A stretch of 35,809 nt of DNA from a virus (lineage: Duplodnaviria; Heunggongvirae; Uroviricota; Caudoviricetes): the IMG/VR virus record IMGVR_UViG_2690316210_000007, positions 1 through 35,809 of that record; one strand, written 5' to 3'. Shown in pieces: positions 7,114 to 16,397 of the stretch (position 1 is the stretch's first letter; every line of letters begins with the position of its first letter). The translations under genes and the position numbers were made by a program. The notes beneath the pieces are model-generated. The model searched no databases. It saw only the letters and a list, made by a program, of their open reading frames with translations, and was not told where the DNA came from.

Positions 7114-7734
7114 ATGAAAGATCAAGATGTTAGGTTCGCGGTGCATCATAAGCTTTTGAAAGAATCGCATTTAGATCCAGACTGCCTTGTGGTCGATGAA
7201 TTTTCCATATCCCTTGGCGCCAGTAGAGCAGACATTGCTGTAATAAATGGTGTTATACACGGGTACGAGCTCAAAAGTGAATATGACTCTTTGGAGCGTT
7301 TGCCTCTTCAAATCAAGCATTATTCTTCTGTAATGGACAAGGTTACTCTTGTCGTAGCTGAGAAACACCTTGAGGGAGCATTAAAGTTAATCCCAGGTTG
7401 GTGGGGCGTTAAAACGGTTTCTGTTGGGCCAAAAGGCGCCATTCTTATAAAGCACATGCGTGGAGAAAAGCTTAATCGAAACCATGACACATTGATGCTC
7501 GCTCAATTGCTTTGGAAAGATGAATGTATCGACGTACTTGAACGATGGGGCTATTCCAAAGGAATCAAAAGCAAGCCCCGATTTGAGTTATGGAATATTA
7601 TTGCGGAAAATATTCCAATAGCGAATCTCAGGCCTGAAGTCAGAACAGCCTTAAAGAAACGCGTAGGCTGGAAAGTTAAGGCTTGGCAGGCTGAGTCTGC
7701 GCCAACCAATAAAGCTGTCTCACGACTAACGTAA
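7114..7734 (+). CDS. Hypothetical protein (206 aa) of the AT-rich cargo island; candidate PD-(D/E)xK-type nuclease
   Basis: RBS aaggag 6 nt before ATG 7114; TATAAT at 7080-7085 upstream. Translation shows an ordered E...hhhhD...hhh(E)hK pattern (LLKESHL..CLVVDEF..ADIAVINGVIHGYELKSE). No similarity to lambda late proteins. Visibly lower GC than the flanking phage backbone. Confidence 0.55.
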   Translation: MKDQDVRFAVHHKLLKESHLDPDCLVVDEFSISLGASRADIAVINGVIHGYELKSEYDSLERLPLQIKHYSSVMDKVTLVVAEKHLEGALKLIPGWWGVKTVSVGPKGAILIKHMRGEKLNRNHDTLMLAQLLWKDECIDVLERWGYSKGIKSKPRFELWNIIAENIPIANLRPEVRTALKKRVGWKVKAWQAESAPTNKAVSRLT

Positions 7735-8743
7735 TATGGTGCGTATGTGCAACTTTACGCCATTCTTTAGAGCCGCCAGATTTGTTAGCGCCTAATGATC
7801 TTTGGTAAATGTAATCATCCCCCCAACTAAATTTGGAGCCAAAGACTTGATACTCTGGCGAACTAACAAGGGTAGTACATAAGTTTTTAGTTTGGCCCCA
7901 TCCATTTCCTTTAACTGCGGTACCTTTTACAAAGATCCATGAGGTATCGTTCGAATATCTCACTGAGACATACTGAGACATGAAGCGTGGGTCTACGCTC
8001 GTAATGGTAGAGCTAGCGGTGGGATAATCACTAAAACTTGGCGTTCTTCCATTGCTAAAATTCTGTACTACGTACATCCAAAGATCGTATTCATGGCGCG
8101 GAATATGATGAACTTGATGTTGCGGTATCCCTGCCTGTGATGCCGGGTATGCGGTTGAAGATAAAATCAAGTTTCTCCACGGAGCTTGGCCTGATAATGT
8201 GTTGACCATGCTTAATGCTTGTTGTTTTAAACTATCAGTTGCGTTTTGAATATCTCCAAAATCAATGATTACATCAATTAAACTAGGATGAATATTTAAG
8301 TGGTTAACCAGACTTGTGAATTGGTGCCATGTCTGGGGGGTGATAGATATAGCGAGCCCATTGATTAAGTTGCGTTGAACAGCATGTATATAGTTTGTTG
8401 AATATGCGGGAGAAACAACAGGGATAATTTCCTTACCATTTACTCTAGCATCTTGGATACACATATCTAGAGGATGATGGCGGCTCGAACCATGTTTATC
8501 TAAATATTTAACATCCAGCAAAACAGGACGATTGGCTTTCCAGGATGCCGCAAGGTTAATACCGAAGTCAGATAAGTAAGAACTCAAATTCTTCTTGTAG
8601 CATTCGTTTTCATAATCCCAGTCTATGTCTGGAATGGTAATGATCGGAGTAAAACCAGAGAGCGTAGTTTGATCTAAAAGCATCAGAGATTCATATTCAG
8701 CAGGCTTCCATTTCAGCTGTGGATAATATTGATGTTGACTCAT
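7676..8743 (-). CDS. Hypothetical protein (355 aa) of the AT-rich cargo island, convergent with the 206-aa ORF
   Basis: Minus-strand ORF with RBS AAGGAG 5 nt before its ATG (8741-8743). Alternating short hydrophobic strands (VLLDVKYL, IIPVVSP, GLAISIT, IDVIIDFGDI, NLILSST) suggest an alpha/beta fold. No recognised catalytic motif and no match to lambda proteins. Its 3' end overlaps the 3' end of the + ORF by 59 bp. Confidence 0.55.
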   Translation of the reverse strand: MSQHQYYPQLKWKPAEYESLMLLDQTTLSGFTPIITIPDIDWDYENECYKKNLSSYLSDFGINLAASWKANRPVLLDVKYLDKHGSSRHHPLDMCIQDARVNGKEIIPVVSPAYSTNYIHAVQRNLINGLAISITPQTWHQFTSLVNHLNIHPSLIDVIIDFGDIQNATDSLKQQALSMVNTLSGQAPWRNLILSSTAYPASQAGIPQHQVHHIPRHEYDLWMYVVQNFSNGRTPSFSDYPTASSTITSVDPRFMSQYVSVRYSNDTSWIFVKGTAVKGNGWGQTKNLCTTLVSSPEYQVFGSKFSWGDDYIYQRSLGANKSGGSKEWRKVAHTHHITLVVRQLYWLAQTQPAKP

Positions 8744-8966
8744 TAAAACTCCTTAAAATCTTTACTTATCCTAAGTATAGTGTTATGGCGTAACGCCAAT
8801 TGTTTTTATACACTTGAAAACATTGGGAAAAGTTGAGCTATATCTAAATTTACAAAATTGGATGTTATAGAAATCGAGGTTTCAACTAGGCATGGAACTG
8901 CAAAATTTTTAATGCCTGCACGCGAAAGTCGTTGGCGGGTCCTTTCCGGTGATCCAGATCGTTACG

Positions 8967-8978
8967 GGGCGGCGACCT
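8967..8978 (+). other. cos: cos site: cosN 12-nt cohesive-end sequence (cosB region extends rightwards to roughly 9100)
   Basis: GGGCGGCGACCT followed by CGCGGTTTTTCACTATTTATGAAAATTTT, matching the recalled lambda left end GGGCGGCGACCTCGCGGGTTTTCGCTATTTATGAAAATTTTCC; Nu1 follows about 180 bp downstream. Confidence 0.85.
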
Positions 8979-9153
8979 CGCGGTTTTTCACTATTTATGA
9001 AAATTTTTCAGGGAAAATCGTGTCGGTACTTCTCGAATATAACTTTTTGTTTTTTTTAATATTGCATTCATAAATGTCCGACATGAAAGTGTCCGAAAAT
9101 GCCTTTTTCTGGCGTTTTCATGTCGGGCCTTGTATTTGATAATGGGTTGTTCT

Positions 9154-9702
9154 ATGAAGGTTAATAAAAAGAGGCTTGCCGAAATTTTTAACGTGGACCC
9201 GCGGACGATTGAACGCTGGCAGTCTCAGGGGCTCCCTTGCGTCTCCAAAGGCAGTAAGGGCATTGAATCTGTATTTGATACTGCCATGGCAATTCAGTGG
9301 TATGCGCAGAGGGAAACTGATATCGAAAACGAAAAGCTCCGCAAAGAACTGGCCGATTTGCGTGCGGCAGCGGAGTCAGATTTACAACCCGGCACCATTG
9401 ACTATGAACGCTACCGGCTCACAAAAGCGCAGGCAGATGCGCAGGAACTGAAAAATGCCCGTGAAGACGGAGTGGTGCTGGAAACTGAACTGTTTACCTT
9501 CATTCTGCAACGTGTGGCACAGGAGATTTCGGGGATACTTGTGCGTGTGCCGTTGACATTACAGCGTAAATATCCGGACATTTCACCATCACACCTTGAT
9601 GTGGTGAAAACTGAAATCGCGAAAGCCTCCAATGTTGCAGCTAAGGCCGGTGAAAACGTGGGCGGGTGGATCGATGATTTCAGACGCACAGAAGGCAGCT
9701 AA
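9154..9702 (+). CDS. nu1: Terminase small subunit Nu1
   Basis: [28 protein letters not shown]... versus recalled lambda Nu1 MEVNKKQLADIFGASIRTIQNWQEQGMP...; conserved ..[33 protein letters not shown].. throughout. The ORF-track start at 9130 is a TTG upstream extension. Confidence 0.9.
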   Translation: MKVNKKRLAEIFNVDPRTIERWQSQGLPCVSKGSKGIESVFDTAMAIQWYAQRETDIENEKLRKELADLRAAAESDLQPGTIDYERYRLTKAQADAQELKNAREDGVVLETELFTFILQRVAQEISGILVRVPLTLQRKYPDISPSHLDVVKTEIAKASNVAAKAGENVGGWIDDFRRTEGS

Positions 9703-11602
9703 TGCAGCCGGTGCGATAGCTACAGGGCTTTTATCTCTCATTATTCCTGTTCCACTGACGACAGTTCAGTGGGCCAATAAACATTATTACCTTCCTAAAG
9801 AGTCGTCTTATACCCCGGGGCGGTGGGAAACACTGCCGTTTCAGGTTGGCATCATGAACTGTATGGGCAACGATTTGATTCGCACTGTTAACCTGATTAA
9901 ATCTGCCCGTGTTGGTTATACAAAGATGTTGCTGGGAGTGGAGGCTTATTTTATTGAGCATAAATCACGCAACAGCCTTCTTTTTCAGCCCACGGACTCA
10001 GCTGCTGAAGATTTTATGAAATCTCATGTTGAGCCAACGATAAGGGATGTTCCTGCATTGCTGGAGCTGGCTCCATGGTTCGGAAGAAAACACCGCGATA
10101 ATACGCTCACCCTGAAGCGTTTTTCCTCCGGTGTGGGTTTCTGGTGTCTGGGGGGAGCGGCAGCAAAAAACTACCGTGAAAAATCCGTGGATGTGGTTTG
10201 TTATGACGAGCTTTCCTCGTTCGAACCGGATGTTGAAAAAGAGGGTTCGCCAACCCTGCTGGGGGATAAACGTATTGAGGGCTCTGTATGGCCAAAATCC
10301 ATTCGCGGCTCGACGCCTAAAATCAAAGGCTCCTGCCAGATCGAAAAAGCCGCTAACGAGTCGGCACATTTCATGCGTTTTTATGTGCCCTGTCCGCACT
10401 GTGGGGAGGAGCAGTATCTGAAATTTGGCGATGATGCCTCGCCTTTCGGTCTTAAGTGGGAGAAGAATAAGCCAGAAAGTGTTTTCTACCTTTGTGAGCA
10501 TCATGGCTGTGTGATCCATCAGTCTGAGCTTGACCAGAGTAACGGGCGGTGGATCTGTGAAAACACGGGCATGTGGACTCGTGACGGTCTGACATTTTTC
10601 AGCGCCGCGGATAATGAAATTCCGCCGCCGCGCTCCATCACATTCCATATCTGGACGGCGTACAGTCCGTTCACCACCTGGGTACAGATTGTCTATGACT
10701 GGCTGGATGCACTGAAAGATCCCAACGGCCTGAAAACCTTTGTGAACACCACGCTGGGCGAGACCTGGGAAGAGGCCGTGGGCGAAAAACTCGATCACCA
10801 GGTGCTGATGGATAAGGTTGTGCGTTACACGGCTGCGGTGCCTTCCCGGGTGGTTTATCTGACGGCGGGCATTGACTCGCAGCGAAACCGTTTTGAGATG
10901 TATGTCTGGGGATGGGCTCCGGGAGAGGAAGCCTTTCTGGTGGATAAAATCATCATTATGGGGCGTCCCGATGAGGAAGAGACGCTGTTACGTGTGGATG
11001 TGGCGATCAACAAAAAATACCGCCATGCAGACGGAACCGAAATGACCATTTCCCGTGTCTGCTGGGACACCGGGGGGATCGATGGCGAAATTGTCTATCA
11101 GAGGTCAAAAAAACACGGTGTTTTCCGGGTGCTGCCGGTAAAAGGTGCATCTGTTTATGGCAAGCCGGTGATCACCATGCCAAAAACCCGCAATCAGCGG
11201 GGCGTGTATCTGTGCGAAGTGGGGACGGACACCGCAAAAGAAATTCTCTATGCCCGTATGAAAGCCGATCCCACGCCTGCGGATGAAGCCACGTCGTATG
11301 CCATCCGTTTTCCTGATGATCCGGAGATTTTTTCGCAGACAGAGGCGCAGCAACTGGTGGCGGAAGAGCTTGTGGAGAAGTGGGAAAAAGGAAAGATGCG
11401 TCTGCTGTGGGATAACAAAAAGCGGCGTAACGAAGCGCTGGACTGCCTGGTGTATGCCTACGCGGCATTACGTGTGTCCGTGCAACGCTGGCAGCTTGAT
11501 CTGGCTGTACTGGCAAAATCCCGGGAAGAAGAGACGACCCGGCCAACCCTTAAAGAACTGGCAGCGAAGCTGTCCGGAGGAGTGAATGGTTACAGTCGCT
11601 GA
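9674..11602 (+). CDS. A: Terminase large subunit gpA
   Basis: Strong similarity along the whole length to recalled lambda gpA (..[24 protein letters not shown].., ..[14 protein letters not shown].., ..[16 protein letters not shown].., ..[10 protein letters not shown]..). ATG 9674 overlaps the end of nu1; the ORF-track start at 9632 is an alternative. Confidence 0.9.
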   Translation: MISDAQKAANAAGAIATGLLSLIIPVPLTTVQWANKHYYLPKESSYTPGRWETLPFQVGIMNCMGNDLIRTVNLIKSARVGYTKMLLGVEAYFIEHKSRNSLLFQPTDSAAEDFMKSHVEPTIRDVPALLELAPWFGRKHRDNTLTLKRFSSGVGFWCLGGAAAKNYREKSVDVVCYDELSSFEPDVEKEGSPTLLGDKRIEGSVWPKSIRGSTPKIKGSCQIEKAANESAHFMRFYVPCPHCGEEQYLKFGDDASPFGLKWEKNKPESVFYLCEHHGCVIHQSELDQSNGRWICENTGMWTRDGLTFFSAADNEIPPPRSITFHIWTAYSPFTTWVQIVYDWLDALKDPNGLKTFVNTTLGETWEEAVGEKLDHQVLMDKVVRYTAAVPSRVVYLTAGIDSQRNRFEMYVWGWAPGEEAFLVDKIIIMGRPDEEETLLRVDVAINKKYRHADGTEMTISRVCWDTGGIDGEIVYQRSKKHGVFRVLPVKGASVYGKPVITMPKTRNQRGVYLCEVGTDTAKEILYARMKADPTPADEATSYAIRFPDDPEIFSQTEAQQLVAEELVEKWEKGKMRLLWDNKKRRNEALDCLVYAYAALRVSVQRWQLDLAVLAKSREEETTRPTLKELAAKLSGGVNGYSR

Positions 11603-11792
11603 ACTGCAGGCGCTGCGTCAGGCGCGCCTTGATTTATTAACCGGTAAACGGGTGGTGTCTGTCCAGAAAGATGGTCGCAGAATTGAATATACGGCAGCTT
11701 CTCTGGATGAGCTTAACCGGGCGATCAATGATGCGGAGTCGGTACTGGGGACAACCCGCCGTCGCCGTCGTCCGCTGGGAGTGAGGTTATGA
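11586..11792 (+). CDS. W: Head-tail joining protein gpW
   Basis: 68 aa; ..LLTGKRVVSVQKDGRRIEYTAAS.. versus recalled lambda W ..[23 protein letters not shown].. Confidence 0.85.
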   Translation: MVTVAELQALRQARLDLLTGKRVVSVQKDGRRIEYTAASLDELNRAINDAESVLGTTRRRRRPLGVRL

Positions 11793-13381
11793 AACGAACG
11801 CCTGTCCTGATTGATGTGAACGGCGTTCCGCTTCGGGAGAGCCTCAGCTACACCGGTGGCGGTGCAGGATTTGGCGGGCAAATGGCAGAGTGGTTGCCAC
11901 CCTCGCAGAGTGCCGATGCGGCCCTGCTGCCCGCGTTGCGTCTGGGGAATGCCCGTGCAGATGATCTGGTGCGCAATAACGGAATAGCGGCCAATGCGGT
12001 GGCCCTGCATAAGGATCACATTGTCGGGCATATGTTTCTGATTAGCTACCGTCCGAACTGGCGCTGGCTGGGGATGCGGGAGACCGCGGCAAAAAGTTTT
12101 GTCGATGAGGTGGAGGCGGCCTGGTCAGAATACGCAGAAGGGATGTTTGGTGAGATCGACGTGGAAGGGAAACGCACGTTTACGGAATTTATCCGTGAAG
12201 GTGTGGGCGTTCATGCGTTTAACGGCGAAATCTTTGTGCAGCCGGTCTGGGATACGGAGAGTACGCAACTGTTTCGTACGCGTTTTAAAGCCGTGAGTCC
12301 GAAACGGGTGGACACGCCAGGACACGGTATCGGGAACCGTTTTCTGCGGGCCGGTGTGGAGGTTGATCGATATGGCCGTGCCGTTGCGTACCATATCTGT
12401 GAGGATGATTTTCCTCGCTCCGGGAGTGGACGATGGGAACGGATCCCGCGTGAACTACCCACCGGGCGTCCGGCCATGCTGCATATTTTCGAGCCGGTGG
12501 AGGACGGGCAGACCCGTGGAGCCAATCAGTTTTACAGCGTTATGGAACGGCTGAAGATGCTGGATTCCCTGCAGGCAACACAGCTTCAGTCGGCCATAGT
12601 GAAGGCGATGTATGCAGCGACGATTGAAAGTGACCTTGATACCGAAAAGGCCTTTGAATATATCGCCGGTGCGCCGCAGGGGCAGAAGGATAATCCGCTT
12701 ATTAATATTCTGGATAAGTTCTCCACCTGGTATGACACGAATAGCGTGACGCTGGGCGGTGTCAAAATTCCGCACCTTTTCCCCGGTGATGATCTGAAAC
12801 TTCAGACCGCGCAGGATTCAGACAATGGATTTTCGGCGCTTGAACAGGCGCTGCTGCGGTATATCGCCGCCGGTCTTGGCGTTTCCTACGAACAGTTGTC
12901 CCGTGATTACTCGAAGGTCAGTTACTCAAGTGCCCGCGCATCCGCCAATGAGTCGTGGCGCTATTTTATGGGGCGGCGAAAATTTATTGCGTCCCGGCTG
13001 GCCACGCAGATGTTTTCCTGCTGGCTGGAAGAGGCACTTCTTCGGGGGATTATTCGTCCGCCACGGGCACGGTTTGATTTTTATCAGGCGCGATCAGCCT
13101 GGTCACGGGCTGAGTGGATTGGAGCCGGAAGAATGGCCATTGACGGGCTCAAGGAGGTTCAGGAATCAGTGATGCGCATTGAGGCCGGACTGAGCACGTA
13201 TGAGAAAGAGCTGGCGCTGATGGGCGAGGATTATCAGGACATTTTCCGCCAGCAGGTCAGGGAATCTGCAGAGCGGGAAAAAGCCGGACTCTCACGTCCG
13301 GTGTGGATAGCGCAGGCGTATCAGCAGCAGATAGCGGAGAGTCGCAGGCCGGAAGAGGAGACAACACCACGTGAGACGTAA
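11789..13381 (+). CDS. B: Portal protein gpB
   Basis: 530-aa ORF in the canonical position after W, overlapping both neighbours; length matches lambda B (~533 aa). Confidence 0.85.
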   Translation: MKRTPVLIDVNGVPLRESLSYTGGGAGFGGQMAEWLPPSQSADAALLPALRLGNARADDLVRNNGIAANAVALHKDHIVGHMFLISYRPNWRWLGMRETAAKSFVDEVEAAWSEYAEGMFGEIDVEGKRTFTEFIREGVGVHAFNGEIFVQPVWDTESTQLFRTRFKAVSPKRVDTPGHGIGNRFLRAGVEVDRYGRAVAYHICEDDFPRSGSGRWERIPRELPTGRPAMLHIFEPVEDGQTRGANQFYSVMERLKMLDSLQATQLQSAIVKAMYAATIESDLDTEKAFEYIAGAPQGQKDNPLINILDKFSTWYDTNSVTLGGVKIPHLFPGDDLKLQTAQDSDNGFSALEQALLRYIAAGLGVSYEQLSRDYSKVSYSSARASANESWRYFMGRRKFIASRLATQMFSCWLEEALLRGIIRPPRARFDFYQARSAWSRAEWIGAGRMAIDGLKEVQESVMRIEAGLSTYEKELALMGEDYQDIFRQQVRESAEREKAGLSRPVWIAQAYQQQIAESRRPEEETTPRET

Positions 13382-14876
13382 TCTTTCACACATTATTGCA
13401 GCAGCATTCAATGAACCGCTGCTTCTGGAGCCCGCCTATGCGCGGGTTTTCTTTTGCGCGCTGGGGCGCGAGATGGGGGCAGCAAGTCTTTCGGTACCGC
13501 AACAGCAGGTACAGCTTGATGCTCCCGGGATGCTGGCTGAAACGGACGAGTACATGGCCGGAGGTAAACGACCGGCCCGTGTTTACCGGGTGGTGAACGG
13601 TATTGCGGTACTGCCGGTGACCGGCACGCTGGTGCACCGGCTGGGGGGGATGCGGCCATTTTCCGGAATGACTGGCTATGACGGCATTGTCGCCTGTCTT
13701 CAGCAGGCAATGGCAGATAGCCAGGTGCGGGGCATACTGCTGGACATTGACAGTCCGGGCGGGCAGGCCGCCGGCGCGTTTGACTGCGCTGACATGATTT
13801 ACCGCCTCCGGCAGCAGAAGCCGGTCTGGGCACTGTGTAATGACACGGCCTGTTCTGCGGCCATGCTGCTGGCGTCGGCCTGCTCCCGACGGCTGGTTAC
13901 CCAGACATCCCGTATCGGTTCCATTGGCGTGATGATGAGCCATGTCAGCTATGCCGGTCATCTGGCGCAGGCCGGTGTGGATATCACGCTGATTTACTCA
14001 GGGGCGCACAAGGTGGATGGCAATCAGTTTGAAGCGTTGCCGGCAGAGGTTCGCCAGGACATGCAGCAGCGGATTGATGCGGCGCGCCGGATGTTTGCCG
14101 AAAAAGTGGCGATGTTTACCGGTCTGTCTGTTGATGCAGTCACGGGAACAGAGGCCGCTGTTTTTGAAGGTCAGTCCGGCATTGAGGCCGGGCTGGCGGA
14201 TGAATTAATCAATGCGTCGGATGCCATCAGTGTGATGGCCACGGCGCTGAACAGTAATGTCAGAGGAGGCACTATGCCGCAATTAACTGCAACGGAAGCC
14301 GCCGTGCAGGAGAACCAGCGAGTGATGGGGATCCTGACATGCCAGGAAGCGAAAGGACGTGAACAGCTTGCCACGATGCTGGCAGGGCAACAGGGCATGA
14401 GCGTTGAACAGGCCCGGGCGATTCTGGCCGCGGCGGCACCGCAGCAGCCGGTGGCATCCGCGCAGAGTGAAGCCGATCGCATTATGGCGTGTGAAGAAGC
14501 GAACGGTCGTGAACAACTGGCGGCAACGCTGGCGGCGATGCCGGAGATGACGGTGGAAAAAGCCCGCCCGATCCTGGCGGCTGCACCACTGGCGGATGCC
14601 GGGCCCTCGCTTCGTGATCAGATCATGGCCCTGGATGAGGCAAAAGGGGCAGAAGCGCAGGCTGAAAAACTGGCGGCCTGCCCGGGAATGACCGTGGAGA
14701 ACGCCCGGGCTGTGCTGGCTGCGGGATCAGGTAAGGCCGAACCGGTCTCTGCATCCACAACCGCCCTGTTTGAACATTTCATGGCGAATCATTCACCGGC
14801 AGCGGTGCGGGGTGGCGTGTCACAGACGTCAGCAGACGGTGATGCGGACGTGAAAATGCTCATGGCCATGCCATGA
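13371..14876 (+). CDS. C: Head maturation protease / scaffold gpC (S49 family), with the Nu3-like scaffold region in its C-terminal part
   Basis: ..AFNEPLLLEPAYARVFFCALG.., ..GIAVLPVTGTLV..YSGMTGY.., ..LLDIDSPGG..AGAFDCAD.., ..VWALCNDTACSAA..LASACSRRLVTQTSRIGSIGVMMSH.. match recalled lambda C. The C-terminal region carries three diverged ~40-aa repeats. Confidence 0.85.
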   Translation: MRRNLSHIIAAAFNEPLLLEPAYARVFFCALGREMGAASLSVPQQQVQLDAPGMLAETDEYMAGGKRPARVYRVVNGIAVLPVTGTLVHRLGGMRPFSGMTGYDGIVACLQQAMADSQVRGILLDIDSPGGQAAGAFDCADMIYRLRQQKPVWALCNDTACSAAMLLASACSRRLVTQTSRIGSIGVMMSHVSYAGHLAQAGVDITLIYSGAHKVDGNQFEALPAEVRQDMQQRIDAARRMFAEKVAMFTGLSVDAVTGTEAAVFEGQSGIEAGLADELINASDAISVMATALNSNVRGGTMPQLTATEAAVQENQRVMGILTCQEAKGREQLATMLAGQQGMSVEQARAILAAAAPQQPVASAQSEADRIMACEEANGREQLAATLAAMPEMTVEKARPILAAAPLADAGPSLRDQIMALDEAKGAEAQAEKLAACPGMTVENARAVLAAGSGKAEPVSASTTALFEHFMANHSPAAVRGGVSQTSADGDADVKMLMAMP

Positions 14877-14912
14877 AGTCAGTGCTGACCATCAATATGA
14901 GGTTTTAACAAA

Positions 14913-15260
14913 ATGGTGACGAAAACCATCACTGAACAGCGTGCGGAAGTACGTATTTTTGCCGGTAATGATCCGGCTCATACCGCCACAGGCAGCAGCG
15001 GGATTTCTTCTGCAACACCGGCTCTGACGCCCCTGATGCTGGATGAAGCCACCGGGAAACTGGTGGTCTGGGATGGACAGAAAGCCGGTAGTGCGGTTGG
15101 CATACTGGTACTGCCGCTTGAAGGCACAGAGACGGTGCTGACCTATTACAAGTCGGGGACCTTTGCGACGGAGGCAATCCGCTGGCCTGACAGTGTGGAT
15201 GAACACAAAAAGGCAAATGCCTTTGCCGGCACAGCCCTGAGTCACGCGGCTCTGCCGTAA
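14913..15260 (+). CDS. D: Head decoration protein gpD
   Basis: 115 aa; ..GNDPAHTATGSSG..TPLMLDEATGKLVVWDG..VGILVLPLEGTETVLTYYKSGTF.. versus recalled lambda D. Confidence 0.85.
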   Translation: MVTKTITEQRAEVRIFAGNDPAHTATGSSGISSATPALTPLMLDEATGKLVVWDGQKAGSAVGILVLPLEGTETVLTYYKSGTFATEAIRWPDSVDEHKKANAFAGTALSHAALP

Positions 15261-15317
15261 CACGTTATCAGGCCACCATGGTGACCTGACTGATTTCTGA
15301 ATGAAAGGAACTGATTT

Positions 15318-16346
15318 ATGGGATTGTTTACGACCCGCCAGTTACTCGGTTATACCGAACAAAAAGTGAAATTCCGTGCGCTGTTTCTGGAGCTGTTTTT
15401 CCGCCGTACGGTGAATTTCCACACCGAAGAGGTGATGCTGGACAAAATTACCGGAAAAACGCCGGTGGCGGCCTATGTCTCCCCGATCGTTGAAGGAAAA
15501 GTGCTTCGCCATCGCGGTGGTGAAACCCGCGTGTTACGTCCGGGCTACGTCAAGCCGAAACACGAATTTAATTACCAGCAGGCGGTTGAGCGCCTTCCTG
15601 GTGAAGATCCGGCTCAGCTGAACGACCCGGCCTACCGTCGTCTGCGTATCATTACCGATAACCTCAAACAGGAAGAGCACGCCATTGTCCAGGTGGAAGA
15701 AATGCAGGCGGTGAATGCCGTGCTGTATGGCAAATACACCATGGAAGGGGATCAGTTTGATACTGTCGAGGTGGATTTCGGGCGCTCTGAAGGAAATAAC
15801 ATTGAGCAGGCTGACGGTAAAAAATGGTCTGAGCAGGACCGTGATACGTTTGATCCGACGCATGATATTGACCTCTACTGCGATCAGGCCAGCGGCCTTG
15901 TGAATATCGCCATTATGGACGGTACGGTCTGGCGTCTGCTGAATGGCTTTAAGCTGTTCCGCGAAAAACTGGATACCCGTCGCGGCTCAAATTCACAACT
16001 CGAAACGGCAGTGAAAGATCTGGGCGCAGTGGTGTCCTTCAAGGGGTATTACGGCGATCTGGCCATTGTGGTGGCGAAAACGTCTTATGTGGCAGAGGAC
16101 GGTACCGAAAAACGTTATCTGCCGGAGGGCATGCTGGTGTTGGGGAATACGGCGGCAGAGGGGATTCGTTGCTATGGTGCCATTAAGGATGCACAGGCGT
16201 TGTCTGAAGGAGTGGTGGCTTCTTCCCGTTACCCGAAACACTGGCTGACCGTGGGCGATCCGTCCTGTGAATTCACCATGACGCAGTCCGCTCCGCTGAT
16301 GGTGCTGCCGGATCCGGATGAGTTTGTGGTGGTACAGGTGAAATAA
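15318..16346 (+). CDS. E: Major capsid protein gpE
   Basis: 342 aa; ..VSPIVEGKVLRHRGGETRVLRPGYVKPKHE.., ..VEEMQAVNAVLYGKYTM.., ..LDTRRGSNSQLETAVKDLG.., ..MTQSAPLMVLPDPDEF.. versus recalled lambda E. Confidence 0.9.
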   Translation: MGLFTTRQLLGYTEQKVKFRALFLELFFRRTVNFHTEEVMLDKITGKTPVAAYVSPIVEGKVLRHRGGETRVLRPGYVKPKHEFNYQQAVERLPGEDPAQLNDPAYRRLRIITDNLKQEEHAIVQVEEMQAVNAVLYGKYTMEGDQFDTVEVDFGRSEGNNIEQADGKKWSEQDRDTFDPTHDIDLYCDQASGLVNIAIMDGTVWRLLNGFKLFREKLDTRRGSNSQLETAVKDLGAVVSFKGYYGDLAIVVAKTSYVAEDGTEKRYLPEGMLVLGNTAAEGIRCYGAIKDAQALSEGVVASSRYPKHWLTVGDPSCEFTMTQSAPLMVLPDPDEFVVVQVK

Positions 16347-16397
16347 TCCGTGAGCGGGGGCGAAATGCCCCCGTGTCTTTTTTCACAGGAGGCTGAG

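Noticed and set aside
6961-7368. Minus-strand ORFs of 69 and 65 aa near the start of the 206-aa cargo gene (bor-like position)
   Set aside because: No lipoprotein signal or RBS; they overlap the promoter and 5' coding region of the better-supported + ORF.
8858-9073. 71-aa plus-strand ORF
   Set aside because: Spans the cos site (cosN/cosB) and ends in a poly-F/L AT-rich tail; no RBS; the sequence is explained by cos.
9998-10798. 266-aa minus-strand ORF antisense to terminase A
   Set aside because: Overlaps the conserved terminase large subunit on the opposite strand; no independent support.
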